Of a stretch of 64,000 nt of DNA, positions 8,945 to 17,379 are shown one piece after another (the first letter of the stretch is position 1; every line of letters starts with the position of its first letter). The DNA is taken from the IMG/VR virus record IMGVR_UViG_3300009788_000087; one strand, given 5' to 3'. The notes under the pieces were generated by a model, which worked only from the letters and a program-made list of their open reading frames with translations, was not told the origin of the DNA and did not search any database. The stretch comes from a virus. The translations under genes were made by a program, and so were the position numbers.

Positions 8945-9496
8945 CTATGCAAATAGCTGGTACAATGAAAGTAGACCAAATCCACCAGCTACAAGATATG
9001 CAACTATCGCACGGTTCTTCCACTTGGTTATTTCTGACTTCTTTGTGACTATGAGGTCTGATGGTTTCGCGTTCTTCTCTATTTCTTTCATCTTTTCCTC
9101 TGGAATATCAAGAAGATCTTGTTCTGTCTCTAGCTGACCAAGACCTTCGACAAAATGCGGACCATCTGAGATGGGTGCGGAGAAGAATATGACTTCTGAT
9201 AGAAGTTCCGCTCTAAGCATGTCCATCTCATCTTGACTAAGCTTATTCTCGAACCCAATCTGACCAACCGCCAGCACGTCAAAGATCCAGTCATCCGGCT
9301 CCACGTCCGCTTGGGGTCCTACTAGTGCTGCGACACGGGCGCGAACGATTGTTTTTACAGGAGCGGGGTTCTCCAGCACAGTGCGGATCTGCGACAGAAA
9401 TGCCTCGAACTCGGGCACCGTGACGCGCGCGCTGTGCTCGCTGACGTCGTTACTCGTCGGCCAGCCCAGATGAACAGTGTTATCAGGTACGGCCAT
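8945..9496 (-). CDS. Hypothetical protein with C-terminal transmembrane helix (183 aa)
   Basis: C-terminal AIVAYLVAGGFGLLSLYQLFA preceded by a basic patch. The 5' half is GC-rich and the 3' half is not. Confidence 0.7.
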   Translation of the reverse strand: MAVPDNTVHLGWPTSNDVSEHSARVTVPEFEAFLSQIRTVLENPAPVKTIVRARVAALVGPQADVEPDDWIFDVLAVGQIGFENKLSQDEMDMLRAELLSEVIFFSAPISDGPHFVEGLGQLETEQDLLDIPEEKMKEIEKNAKPSDLIVTKKSEITKWKNRAIVAYLVAGGFGLLSLYQLFA

Positions 9497-10341
9497 TATA
9501 CAAACGCCACATCAGTGGAGAACGTCGGGAGAGCTGGAGCACCTCCGCCGCCAGCGGTCGGGGTAAGAGTCCATCCGTTACCGCTCGCGTCCAACCAAAC
9601 GTTGTTCAACTGGTGATAGGCTTCCAGGCCGGGCTGCGCGGTGATGTGAGCTAGTTTGTTGGCGTCGATCTGCGGCTGAGTTCGGATTGTGCTGCACACA
9701 CGTGACTCGTCTTGCCTGCCATCAATGGATGCTACGGCTCCGCTGAGCGTCGAACTGCCACCGATAGAAAATCTATCACCGCTGACGGTCGATGACCCGG
9801 CTCGCGCTATGATGATTGTCCCGTTTCCCTGCGACACTCCATCGATGAAAAGTTCGTGCTGTACCGCCTGTGATGCGGCAGCGGCAAGCCACGTCCACGC
9901 CACGTGCGTCCAGACGTTATTTGCGCCGCCAACCCAAGTCCATCTCTGCTGCTGAAACCCGCCCGTGTCTGTTCGCACAAAAGCGTGGAAAACTCTATCA
10001 GGACCTGACGAGGTGATTAACAGAGCGTCGTTTTGAGTGGCGGCGACAAAGCCCCATCTCGACATCAGTGTTTGGGTGGCGGCCCCGGTAAAGGTGTCTA
10101 GCTCAAATAGCGTCTCGTACGTCCGGTCGCCAGTCGTGTTGATTCCCTCGCCTCCAACCAGCCCAAGGATCTCTGCAAGGTTGTTGGTGTTAGTGCCGGC
10201 ATGAGTGAACTGAGCGCTGTGAGTGTTGACCAGCTCTCCATTCACTGATTCAGAATGTGCCAAGTCCCCACCGAGGACACGTGGATCCTCTCTAAGCCCC
10301 CTCGTCACGAGCTCTGGTCCATATAGAGGTGTTAGGATCAT
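9496..10341 (-). CDS. LamG/concanavalin-like lectin-domain virion protein with a conserved N-terminal module (281 aa)
   Basis: TYETLFEL, WTHVAWTW, LFIDGVSQG, FSIGG, IDGRQDESRVCSTIRTQ.QI form the canonical LamG_3 pattern. Confidence 0.85.
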   Translation of the reverse strand: MILTPLYGPELVTRGLREDPRVLGGDLAHSESVNGELVNTHSAQFTHAGTNTNNLAEILGLVGGEGINTTGDRTYETLFELDTFTGAATQTLMSRWGFVAATQNDALLITSSGPDRVFHAFVRTDTGGFQQQRWTWVGGANNVWTHVAWTWLAAAASQAVQHELFIDGVSQGNGTIIIARAGSSTVSGDRFSIGGSSTLSGAVASIDGRQDESRVCSTIRTQPQIDANKLAHITAQPGLEAYHQLNNVWLDASGNGWTLTPTAGGGGAPALPTFSTDVAFV

Positions 10342-10647
10342 TTAATCAGAAGTAAGCTCCGTGACCATCGCAGATCCCGTTGTCGCAGTCCAAATACCTG
10401 TTATAGATCCAGTGTACATTGGCAATGGAACCTCATAGTATGAACCTGAACCCATCTTTACAGTGAAGTCATTGCTTGATGCATTTGTTCCAAGTTTTAA
10501 AAACAGTATTGCCTCACTGAAATTGTAAATCATTGCAGCACGACGATGTAGATTCTCAGGAATTACAGTAGTAAGTGCGCCTGTTGCTGGCACTCTTGTT
10601 CCACTAGCTGCTGCAACTCCTAAAAAATTTCCGATGTGTAATGCCAT
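10342..10647 (-). CDS. Small beta-rich virion-type protein (101 aa)
   Basis: RRAAMIYNFS...LFLKLG...YYEVP...GSITGIW pattern of small phage structural proteins; adjacent to the protease; three [ST]GS motifs. Confidence 0.7.
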   Translation of the reverse strand: MALHIGNFLGVAAASGTRVPATGALTTVIPENLHRRAAMIYNFSEAILFLKLGTNASSNDFTVKMGSGSYYEVPLPMYTGSITGIWTATTGSAMVTELTSD

Positions 10648-10651
10648 ATTG

Positions 10652-11245
10652 CTACTTCCTCACTCGTATATCATTAAGAGCTCTATAGATCCTGTCAGCC
10701 TTGCTCCATATTCTCTTAACGTCAACTTCAACTGATTCATTCATGAACGCGCCAGGAGTTGATGGTTCACTAACTGCGTCAAAACAAATGAGCTGGTAGT
10801 CATCCTGTACAACGTCAGTACCTTCATTCGTTGACTCTGTGCTTCCCACTCCCCTGCTCGACATTCCAATTCTGACGCCTGATTCAAGAAGTGACTCAAG
10901 GATCTTTCCTTTCGGTGTATTTAGAACTTCTACCATCCCACGAACTACATCACCTTCCCAGAAGATTTCTCTGACAATGTGAGATGTCTTATCGAGTGCA
11001 ACTGTTGATGTTTCAGGATGATCAAGTTCGCCTAGAGCTCTGTTCTCACGAACGACTTTCTCATAGTTCAATACTTCACGTTGAAGGATCTCATTTGGAT
11101 AGATTCGACCATTCTGATTCTTCGTACCAGACTTCTGAAGAATTGCTGGCAGAAGAATTTTTCCACCATTCTTATTCCTTGACTCATTGATGGCATCGGC
11201 AGTACATTCAAGTGCATACCACTCTCTTAAAAGTGTCTTTTTCAT
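10652..11245 (-). CDS. gp21: Prohead core protease, T4 gp21-like (197 aa)
   Basis: NQNGRIYP, ALGELDHP (catalytic His), GMSSRGVGS (catalytic Ser), FDAVSEPST. Confidence 0.97.
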   Translation of the reverse strand: MKKTLLREWYALECTADAINESRNKNGGKILLPAILQKSGTKNQNGRIYPNEILQREVLNYEKVVRENRALGELDHPETSTVALDKTSHIVREIFWEGDVVRGMVEVLNTPKGKILESLLESGVRIGMSSRGVGSTESTNEGTDVVQDDYQLICFDAVSEPSTPGAFMNESVEVDVKRIWSKADRIYRALNDIRVRK

Positions 11246-12408
11246 TATGATATTTTCCTGTACTTAGATGTTAGAGTACGTTTAAGCATCGTGATTTCGA
11301 GTGCATTGAGATCTGCCACGAACCCGTCTACTTTCTTCTCCATCTTCATGAGGTACTCATCACGCTTCTGAACTGCCTTAGCAACGTCATCTGACGTATC
11401 GAGTGCATCCTCTTGAATAGCCATCATCTCTGCTCTGAGCACTTTGGATCTTTCTGGATCAATCTTTCCCATCGTGCCACGTGCATTCTCAGAGACATCA
11501 ATCTTTGGGTACCCATTCACGATAATCAAGTAGAATGGACCTACCTCACCAGTTCCTTCACTGTCTCCAATGTAGAACTCCATGTAGAGCTCACCCTTCT
11601 CAACATCTTTCTTTACGCCCTTCTCCTTAACTTCGAAGCCCGCAGATTCAAGCGAATTCTTTATTGTCCCCGCTGCGTCTTTCAGTGCTTTCTCGGACTT
11701 CTTTGCAATATTCTTCTGCATGCCCTGAAAGGTTTTATCAGCGAGGACTGCTTGCTTTGAGAGTTTGCTTACGTACTCGTCCCAACTACTTCCGCTCTTT
11801 TCCTCACGGAAGATCGACTCAGTTATGCTCGCTACGAGCCTATTAAGAGATTCTTTCTTTCCATGTTTCTTCGAAGCTGGAGCTTTGGTCTTGGGATCTT
11901 TTTCTTTTTCAGCAGCTTTCTCAGGATGCTTGCGTAATTGCTCAACATCTTTCTTCATCGCTGCAAGCTTTGATGGATCCCTTGGTGGAAATCTACTGAG
12001 CTCAGAGCGACGTGCGGCTAGCTTCGTTGGAAATTCACCGACCTCTTTCGAGCCTTGCTTCTTTCCTGGATTCGGTGCATAGAGGACGTACCCCTCACCA
12101 CCCTGTTTCTTTCGAACGATCTCACGGACCTTACTCCTAATGACCTGACGCAGTGCATTCTCTGCGAATCCTTTCTTGATCATCTCAGCTAGCTTGACGT
12201 ACTCGTTCTCATCAAGCATGCCTTCCACGATGCCAGATGATTCCTCATCAAGACCACAGAAATAAGCAATTGCTTCAACAACACTAAGGGTCTCATTCAT
12301 GTCGAGCATCTCGTCGACTTTCTTCTTCCTTTTCTTGATGCCAACTGGTACCTGGAACCCCGCGATTCCACCGACACCAGAAAATTCTTTTAGTGTCTTC
12401 TTAGCCAT
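11245..12408 (-). CDS. Hypothetical head-region protein (387 aa)
   Basis: Long ORF between portal and protease; N-terminus MAKKTLKE|FSGVGGIAGFQVP. Confidence 0.8.
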   Translation of the reverse strand: MAKKTLKEFSGVGGIAGFQVPVGIKKRKKKVDEMLDMNETLSVVEAIAYFCGLDEESSGIVEGMLDENEYVKLAEMIKKGFAENALRQVIRSKVREIVRKKQGGEGYVLYAPNPGKKQGSKEVGEFPTKLAARRSELSRFPPRDPSKLAAMKKDVEQLRKHPEKAAEKEKDPKTKAPASKKHGKKESLNRLVASITESIFREEKSGSSWDEYVSKLSKQAVLADKTFQGMQKNIAKKSEKALKDAAGTIKNSLESAGFEVKEKGVKKDVEKGELYMEFYIGDSEGTGEVGPFYLIIVNGYPKIDVSENARGTMGKIDPERSKVLRAEMMAIQEDALDTSDDVAKAVQKRDEYLMKMEKKVDGFVADLNALEITMLKRTLTSKYRKIS

Positions 12409-13267
12409 TAGAGTTTAATTCCTCCACGAGCTTGCAATAAAGCAGCATGTCTTCAACGTGTGAACTATGAGATTCTCTCAGGTTCAATTCACGAAGCATG
12501 TTTTCAGCGTCTTTTAATTTCTTTATCATCTGCTTATCTTCATGAATTTCTTTTACACCATGAGCAGACTGCATCTCAAATAGAAGTCTCTTTCTTTCAA
12601 CAACGAGCATTGCAGTAACGAGTCTAGAACTATTCTCTGATGCTAGAGCAACGACATACTTCTTGAGCAATCTCTTCTGTGACTCACACAATGTATCATT
12701 GTATCGCTCATTGAATTTCTTGACAGTAATTGAATAAACCAGAGGATCGATCTTTTCAGTTATAGCATGTCTCTTTGTATCGACTGACATGTAGTTTATG
12801 AGTGCTTCTTCGAGATGTACTCGCTGGACGCTCTCGTTGATAGTACTCTTCGGATTACACCCGTTAATCAACATCTGGATCGATGCGTATGCTTTGTAGT
12901 CAGCAAACTTGTAATCAGAGAAGAGATTCTTTCCGAATGCACGATGAATCTCCTTGATTGCATTGCTCTTCTTTATGTCTATCAGTCTATGATCAAGCTT
13001 CTTCGCTACAATGATAACTTCTGCCAACACTCGACGTGCGACATTCGGTTTTACACCTCGAGTTGAAGCTATAATTTCAAAGAGCTGTCTCTCCTTTGCC
13101 ATCGGTTGGCCAGCAGCAAAGTACTTCTTTGTAATTGCCAGGGCACACTTATAGCTTCGAGAGTCCTTGTCGATCAACGACTCAGACATCTTTCTAACGA
13201 GAAATTCATAGACTAACCCAGAATTCCTGCGCTTATTATGCTTAAACCTCATCTTCTTAGAGCTCAT
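12401..13267 (-). CDS. Conserved hypothetical protein downstream of the portal (288 aa)
   Basis: KHNK.RNSGLVYEFLVR N-terminus and helical composition; position typical of large T4-like head modules. Confidence 0.8.
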   Translation of the reverse strand: MSSKKMRFKHNKRRNSGLVYEFLVRKMSESLIDKDSRSYKCALAITKKYFAAGQPMAKERQLFEIIASTRGVKPNVARRVLAEVIIVAKKLDHRLIDIKKSNAIKEIHRAFGKNLFSDYKFADYKAYASIQMLINGCNPKSTINESVQRVHLEEALINYMSVDTKRHAITEKIDPLVYSITVKKFNERYNDTLCESQKRLLKKYVVALASENSSRLVTAMLVVERKRLLFEMQSAHGVKEIHEDKQMIKKLKDAENMLRELNLRESHSSHVEDMLLYCKLVEELNSNG

Positions 13268-13305
13268 ATTGTTGATGTCTCCATTCTCCTATGGATTTAA
13301 TCTAA

Positions 13306-16300
13306 CTAGGAAGAATTCTTAGTGCTGTATCCTCTATAGAGATTTTCTTTAAGAATGCTATTCGTTTTTCTAAGGTCATTTTCAAATTTCTCTACTCTAG
13401 CCAACGAAGATTGCACATACTGACCGATTGGGTCGGGTTCATTTGATTCTGTCACATTCTCAGAAAATGGGTTTGATATCATTCTTTTTATTGATCTCAT
13501 ATCGAAAGGATCAGATGCTGTCTGTTTCTCAGTACCGAATACATGGTTAAACAAGTCTTCACTCGGGTCAAATAAGTCCTTACCCTTGTTAACTGATACC
13601 TCTGAGCTACAGCCGCGGCTTCCAGGGTTATGTCTTTCGTCACCTTCGCCAGACTCATCGATTTCACTTTTATCTTCTTCGCACTCATCTTCATCTTTTA
13701 ATAGAATAGGTGCCATCGATAATGTTAGTTCATCGTCATTCTGGTCATCGTAGTCGACGCCAGCTTCAAGTTCTTCTTCGCCGCCGAGTGATGTTGGCAG
13801 TTCTTCTTCTCCTGGTATTGCTTCACCGCCTGGCTCTGGTTCTGCTCCTGGTGCTGCACCTATGCTAGGTTCTTCTTCATCAGTCTCTGGTTCAGCAGTT
13901 ATGCCATCAAGCTCCATCTGGAATAACTTATCAGCGCGCATCTCATCCTGCATCTCTTCAATTTCTTGTTTCGACATGCCAAGGATGTCACGCCATGTCT
14001 GTGTCTTGCTGACCATGCCCTCCTGGACAGAACCTGCAATCTCAAGCTTTAGTCTCCATAGTTCAAGTTTCTGCTGCTCAGCAATCGTAGATGGATTAGC
14101 CATCTTAATATCATAATCGATTAGCTCGTTATCACGGAATCCAAGAAGATAAAGATGGATAATCGCGATTTTCATGAGCTCTGAGAGCACAATCTTCTGA
14201 ATTCGCTGAATTGTCCTTGAGAATCTAACATCTTCTTGCGCAAGTGTCGCTTTAGATCCCACATCACCCTCATATCCGAGGTACGCCTTTGGAATCTGAA
14301 GTGCTGCAAAGAGCTTATTCTGAATATACTCTACATCTTCGATATCGCCAGTGAATTGACCACCCGGCAATGTTGTAATGTCTGAACCCTTCCCGTCTCT
14401 TTGGGGCAGGAAGTAATCTTCATCGACAGAGAGAGGGTTGTAGCGAAGATCGACACGTCCTGTGGCTGCATCAATAATCTTGCTTCTCTTCAGTCTATTC
14501 TGGATCTGCTCCATCTCTGCTGGCACATCTTCTGGTTTGACGTTACCAACTTCAATCTTAAAGACTCTCCTCTCAGGAGACCTCACGATCCTGTAGACTA
14601 GCATTGCATCCTCGATGAGGATAAGCTGACGCCAAATGCGTCGTGCTGGTTCAATGATGCTAGCACCATATGGCAAGAAGTTATCATTACCCAGAAGTCT
14701 AAAATGAATGATCTGCCATGCTTCCAGGATCATGTTGCCCTGTGTCAGCCACCTGAATCGGAATGCGAACGGATTCTTTGGATCATAGCCTTCTTCCCTC
14801 TCTACCTCATTGATAGGAATCGGGAGCATGTTCAGAATTCCATTCTGCTCACTTGCATCCACGAACAATATGAAATCACCGTATTTGCACAGGTTTCTTA
14901 CCCACGAATGCAGGTTAAACTCGATATTAAGAATATCAAAGAACAGCGTCTCAAGAATATTCTTGATTTGTTGGTTATCAGACTCAATCTCGATCATGTG
15001 GCCTTTCTCATCCACATTCGTTACTTCATCTGCGTAGATATTCAGAGCAGAAGCAATCTCTGGAGTGTTATGTGATATTACTGAATCTGTTGCAAAGTTC
15101 TTGTATTTGTCAACTGTTAAATCATATACGTCTTCATGTCCATAATATTCAACAGACACAACCTTACAATTGTTGTAGTTTCTACAGAAGTCTGCAGTAC
15201 TCTTATAACCGTGTTGTTTAACTCTACCTTTAATTTTCATGGGCGTGACATCTAACTTTCTCACAAGATCCATGCCTTTCATGTTTGGTGTCCATGCATC
15301 ACAGATCATTTGAAACGTTAGAGAATCATCCCATCTTGGGTTTTTACTTCCTGCATTATCCCAACCGTGGTTTTTCCACTCGGAATTATATGTTTTCGCA
15401 AAGATCTCCCAATTAGCGAAACTATATCTTTTTAATTTTCTCTTTATAACATTGGGATCGGTATCAAAAACTTTGCATGTCTCATAGAGATTAAATCCGT
15501 TATTCTCAGCGGCTTGTAAAATCTTTGCAAATGTTATATCTCGACGCTCAGCAGGATTATTCTCCTTCATGAATTTCGAATGTTCACGTTTGAACTTCTC
15601 AATCCACTCACTATTCTTTTCGTAGTTCCACTTATGTTCTTTGTTATAAATAATCCTATGAAGACGTGAATGATCATCACGATTCATTATCTCAAGATTT
15701 TCTGGTCTATTATCAAACTTTAAGAAATTCTTATGATGGACTACTTCATTTTCTTCCATGATTCTATCAGAAGACCATTCAGCAATCATTTTATGTTCTG
15801 TCTGCCACCCGTTTTTCGTATCGGGTGTCATTGAATAGATATACTGATAGTGTTCTGTGTCAAATCTACCTTTAGGCGAACGAAATGAACGACGATAGAA
15901 TGGCATCATAGAATCACCAGCAACTAATCCACAGATCTTCCTATAAGATCCGTCTCTTAACATGAGTCTATGGTCAGATGTTCCTATGATTTCTTTTCCA
16001 TTATCGAATGTTACTTTCCACGCGTGTTCTGTTCTTGTTTTTCTAGCTTGCTTAGCTATAGCAGGAACAATCTGTCCAACTTCATGGTCATAAGAAAAAA
16101 CAACAAACTCTTTCTCAAGACCATATTCTTCAGCTAGTTCTTTAATTGTCTTATATCCACCAGGTACAGCTATAAGTGTACTTCCTAGAATGCAATATTC
16201 CATTTCTGAGTAATCTGCATACCTCGCCAGCCGCTCGTACTGTCCATATGATGCAAGAGAGTTAACGTAGAGCGACGAGAGCTCTTTTCTATACGCGCGT

Positions 16301-16425
16301 GCAGTGCCCTGAGGCTCGTACATTTTCGAGCTACTCGCGACCTTGTGGCGTACGACGGGACCGTTGCGGAACAGCCTAGTTAACTGAGCCCAGATACTCT
16401 CTTGTTGTCTAATCAGTGGTGGCAT
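13306..16425 (-). CDS. gp20: Portal protein, T4 gp20-like, intein-containing (1039 aa precursor, about 663 aa spliced)
   Basis: PEIASALNIYADE, W.R.LCKYGD.F, IEDAMLVYRIVRSPERRVFKIEVGN, EDYFLPQRDG.GSDITTLPGG, DVEYIQNKLFAALQIP; acidic C-terminal tail. Confidence 0.96.
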   Translation of the reverse strand: MPPLIRQQESIWAQLTRLFRNGPVVRHKVASSSKMYEPQGTARAYRKELSSLYVNSLASYGQYERLARYADYSEMEYCILGSTLIAVPGGYKTIKELAEEYGLEKEFVVFSYDHEVGQIVPAIAKQARKTRTEHAWKVTFDNGKEIIGTSDHRLMLRDGSYRKICGLVAGDSMMPFYRRSFRSPKGRFDTEHYQYIYSMTPDTKNGWQTEHKMIAEWSSDRIMEENEVVHHKNFLKFDNRPENLEIMNRDDHSRLHRIIYNKEHKWNYEKNSEWIEKFKREHSKFMKENNPAERRDITFAKILQAAENNGFNLYETCKVFDTDPNVIKRKLKRYSFANWEIFAKTYNSEWKNHGWDNAGSKNPRWDDSLTFQMICDAWTPNMKGMDLVRKLDVTPMKIKGRVKQHGYKSTADFCRNYNNCKVVSVEYYGHEDVYDLTVDKYKNFATDSVISHNTPEIASALNIYADEVTNVDEKGHMIEIESDNQQIKNILETLFFDILNIEFNLHSWVRNLCKYGDFILFVDASEQNGILNMLPIPINEVEREEGYDPKNPFAFRFRWLTQGNMILEAWQIIHFRLLGNDNFLPYGASIIEPARRIWRQLILIEDAMLVYRIVRSPERRVFKIEVGNVKPEDVPAEMEQIQNRLKRSKIIDAATGRVDLRYNPLSVDEDYFLPQRDGKGSDITTLPGGQFTGDIEDVEYIQNKLFAALQIPKAYLGYEGDVGSKATLAQEDVRFSRTIQRIQKIVLSELMKIAIIHLYLLGFRDNELIDYDIKMANPSTIAEQQKLELWRLKLEIAGSVQEGMVSKTQTWRDILGMSKQEIEEMQDEMRADKLFQMELDGITAEPETDEEEPSIGAAPGAEPEPGGEAIPGEEELPTSLGGEEELEAGVDYDDQNDDELTLSMAPILLKDEDECEEDKSEIDESGEGDERHNPGSRGCSSEVSVNKGKDLFDPSEDLFNHVFGTEKQTASDPFDMRSIKRMISNPFSENVTESNEPDPIGQYVQSSLARVEKFENDLRKTNSILKENLYRGYSTKNSS
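15067..16194 (-). mobile_element. Intein (376 aa) with HNH-type homing endonuclease in the portal gene
   Basis: Starts at Cys (CILGSTLIAV), block B GTSDH, block F VYDLTV, ends ISHN before Thr. The rejoined extein SEMEY|TPEIASAL restores the portal motif. Internal VHHKN...NRPENL HNH motif. Confidence 0.95.
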
Positions 16426-16433
16426 GTTCTATT

Positions 16434-16868
16434 TTAAATCTTCGAAATCTTGTCAATTATATTTTGATAAGATTTCTTATACTCTGGCGAAATTAATTCA
16501 TTGCTTTTAGCAATTTCAACCATTTTTTTTATCAATTTCCAATCTACATTTGAAGCTAACTTTGCATTTGTCGTATCATGTGTTACTTGTCCAGAACTAT
16601 TCGTAGATCTGCCATTCACAACAAAGCTAACAAGTTTTTTTCTATCTGAATCTGATATTTCTCCATCTAACCACGGAGCATCGGCACTACTGGCTAATGA
16701 AATTATTTGTTTCAATTCTTCTTTTGAAAAATGACTAGCTATGTCAGCTCCTGAATGTCTACACCCGGGATTTTTGCAATCTACATCATGCATTCCCACA
16801 TATGCACCTGGTTCCCCACATTCTGGACAGTCAGCTTCAAAGAGATATATGTTATGTATTTGCTTCAT
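16434..16868 (-). CDS. Hypothetical protein with N-terminal Zn-ribbon (144 aa)
   Basis: CPECG...DCKNPGCRH; AT-rich; N-terminus MKQIHNIYLFE|A. Confidence 0.7.
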   Translation of the reverse strand: MKQIHNIYLFEADCPECGEPGAYVGMHDVDCKNPGCRHSGADIASHFSKEELKQIISLASSADAPWLDGEISDSDRKKLVSFVVNGRSTNSSGQVTHDTTNAKLASNVDWKLIKKMVEIAKSNELISPEYKKSYQNIIDKISKI

Positions 16869-16869
16869 A

Positions 16870-17379
16870 CTACGATTTTACCATGTAACCCTTGATATAA
16901 TTAGCAGGAATATTAGAAGGATACATTACCTCTGCAAGTTCCCAATATCTAGGGTTTCCTTTGCCTTTCTTTTTCCATGTCTCATGGTCATAGATCCTGG
17001 TATCTCTCTTTGATGTAACGAATTTATCCCACATGTTCGACGGAAGCTGCACTACAATAACAGCTCTCTCACTCATCGGTGCGCTCTTGACAGCTTTAGA
17101 GCGCCTGAAATCCCTCTCGCCACCTGCTCCTGCCATTGCAGCATAGCCGCGTGCAGTAAACGGATCTAACGCTAAATAAACTCCGACACCTTTTGCTCCA
17201 TGGCCAGCCTGAAGTCCTCCCTTTGATATCTTATCGAGATTGCTAATGTGAGTACCATGAAATAAGATACCAGTGTCCTGCCACCAAGCGTTCTCATCGA
17301 ACGACCATGGCATCTCCCTCATGTTTAGTTCATCAAACTTCTCAATGATGAAGATCTCGTCAAGTCGTGGCCAACTCAT
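16870..17379 (-). CDS. ADP-ribosyltransferase-fold protein (PARP/Tpt1/DarT-like H-Y class, 169 aa)
   Basis: LFHGT, GVYLA, ARGYA, ELAEVMYP.NIP..YI. ATG at 17379 forms an ATGA overlap with the terminase stop. Confidence 0.75.
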   Translation of the reverse strand: MSWPRLDEIFIIEKFDELNMREMPWSFDENAWWQDTGILFHGTHISNLDKISKGGLQAGHGAKGVGVYLALDPFTARGYAAMAGAGGERDFRRSKAVKSAPMSERAVIVVQLPSNMWDKFVTSKRDTRIYDHETWKKKGKGNPRYWELAEVMYPSNIPANYIKGYMVKS

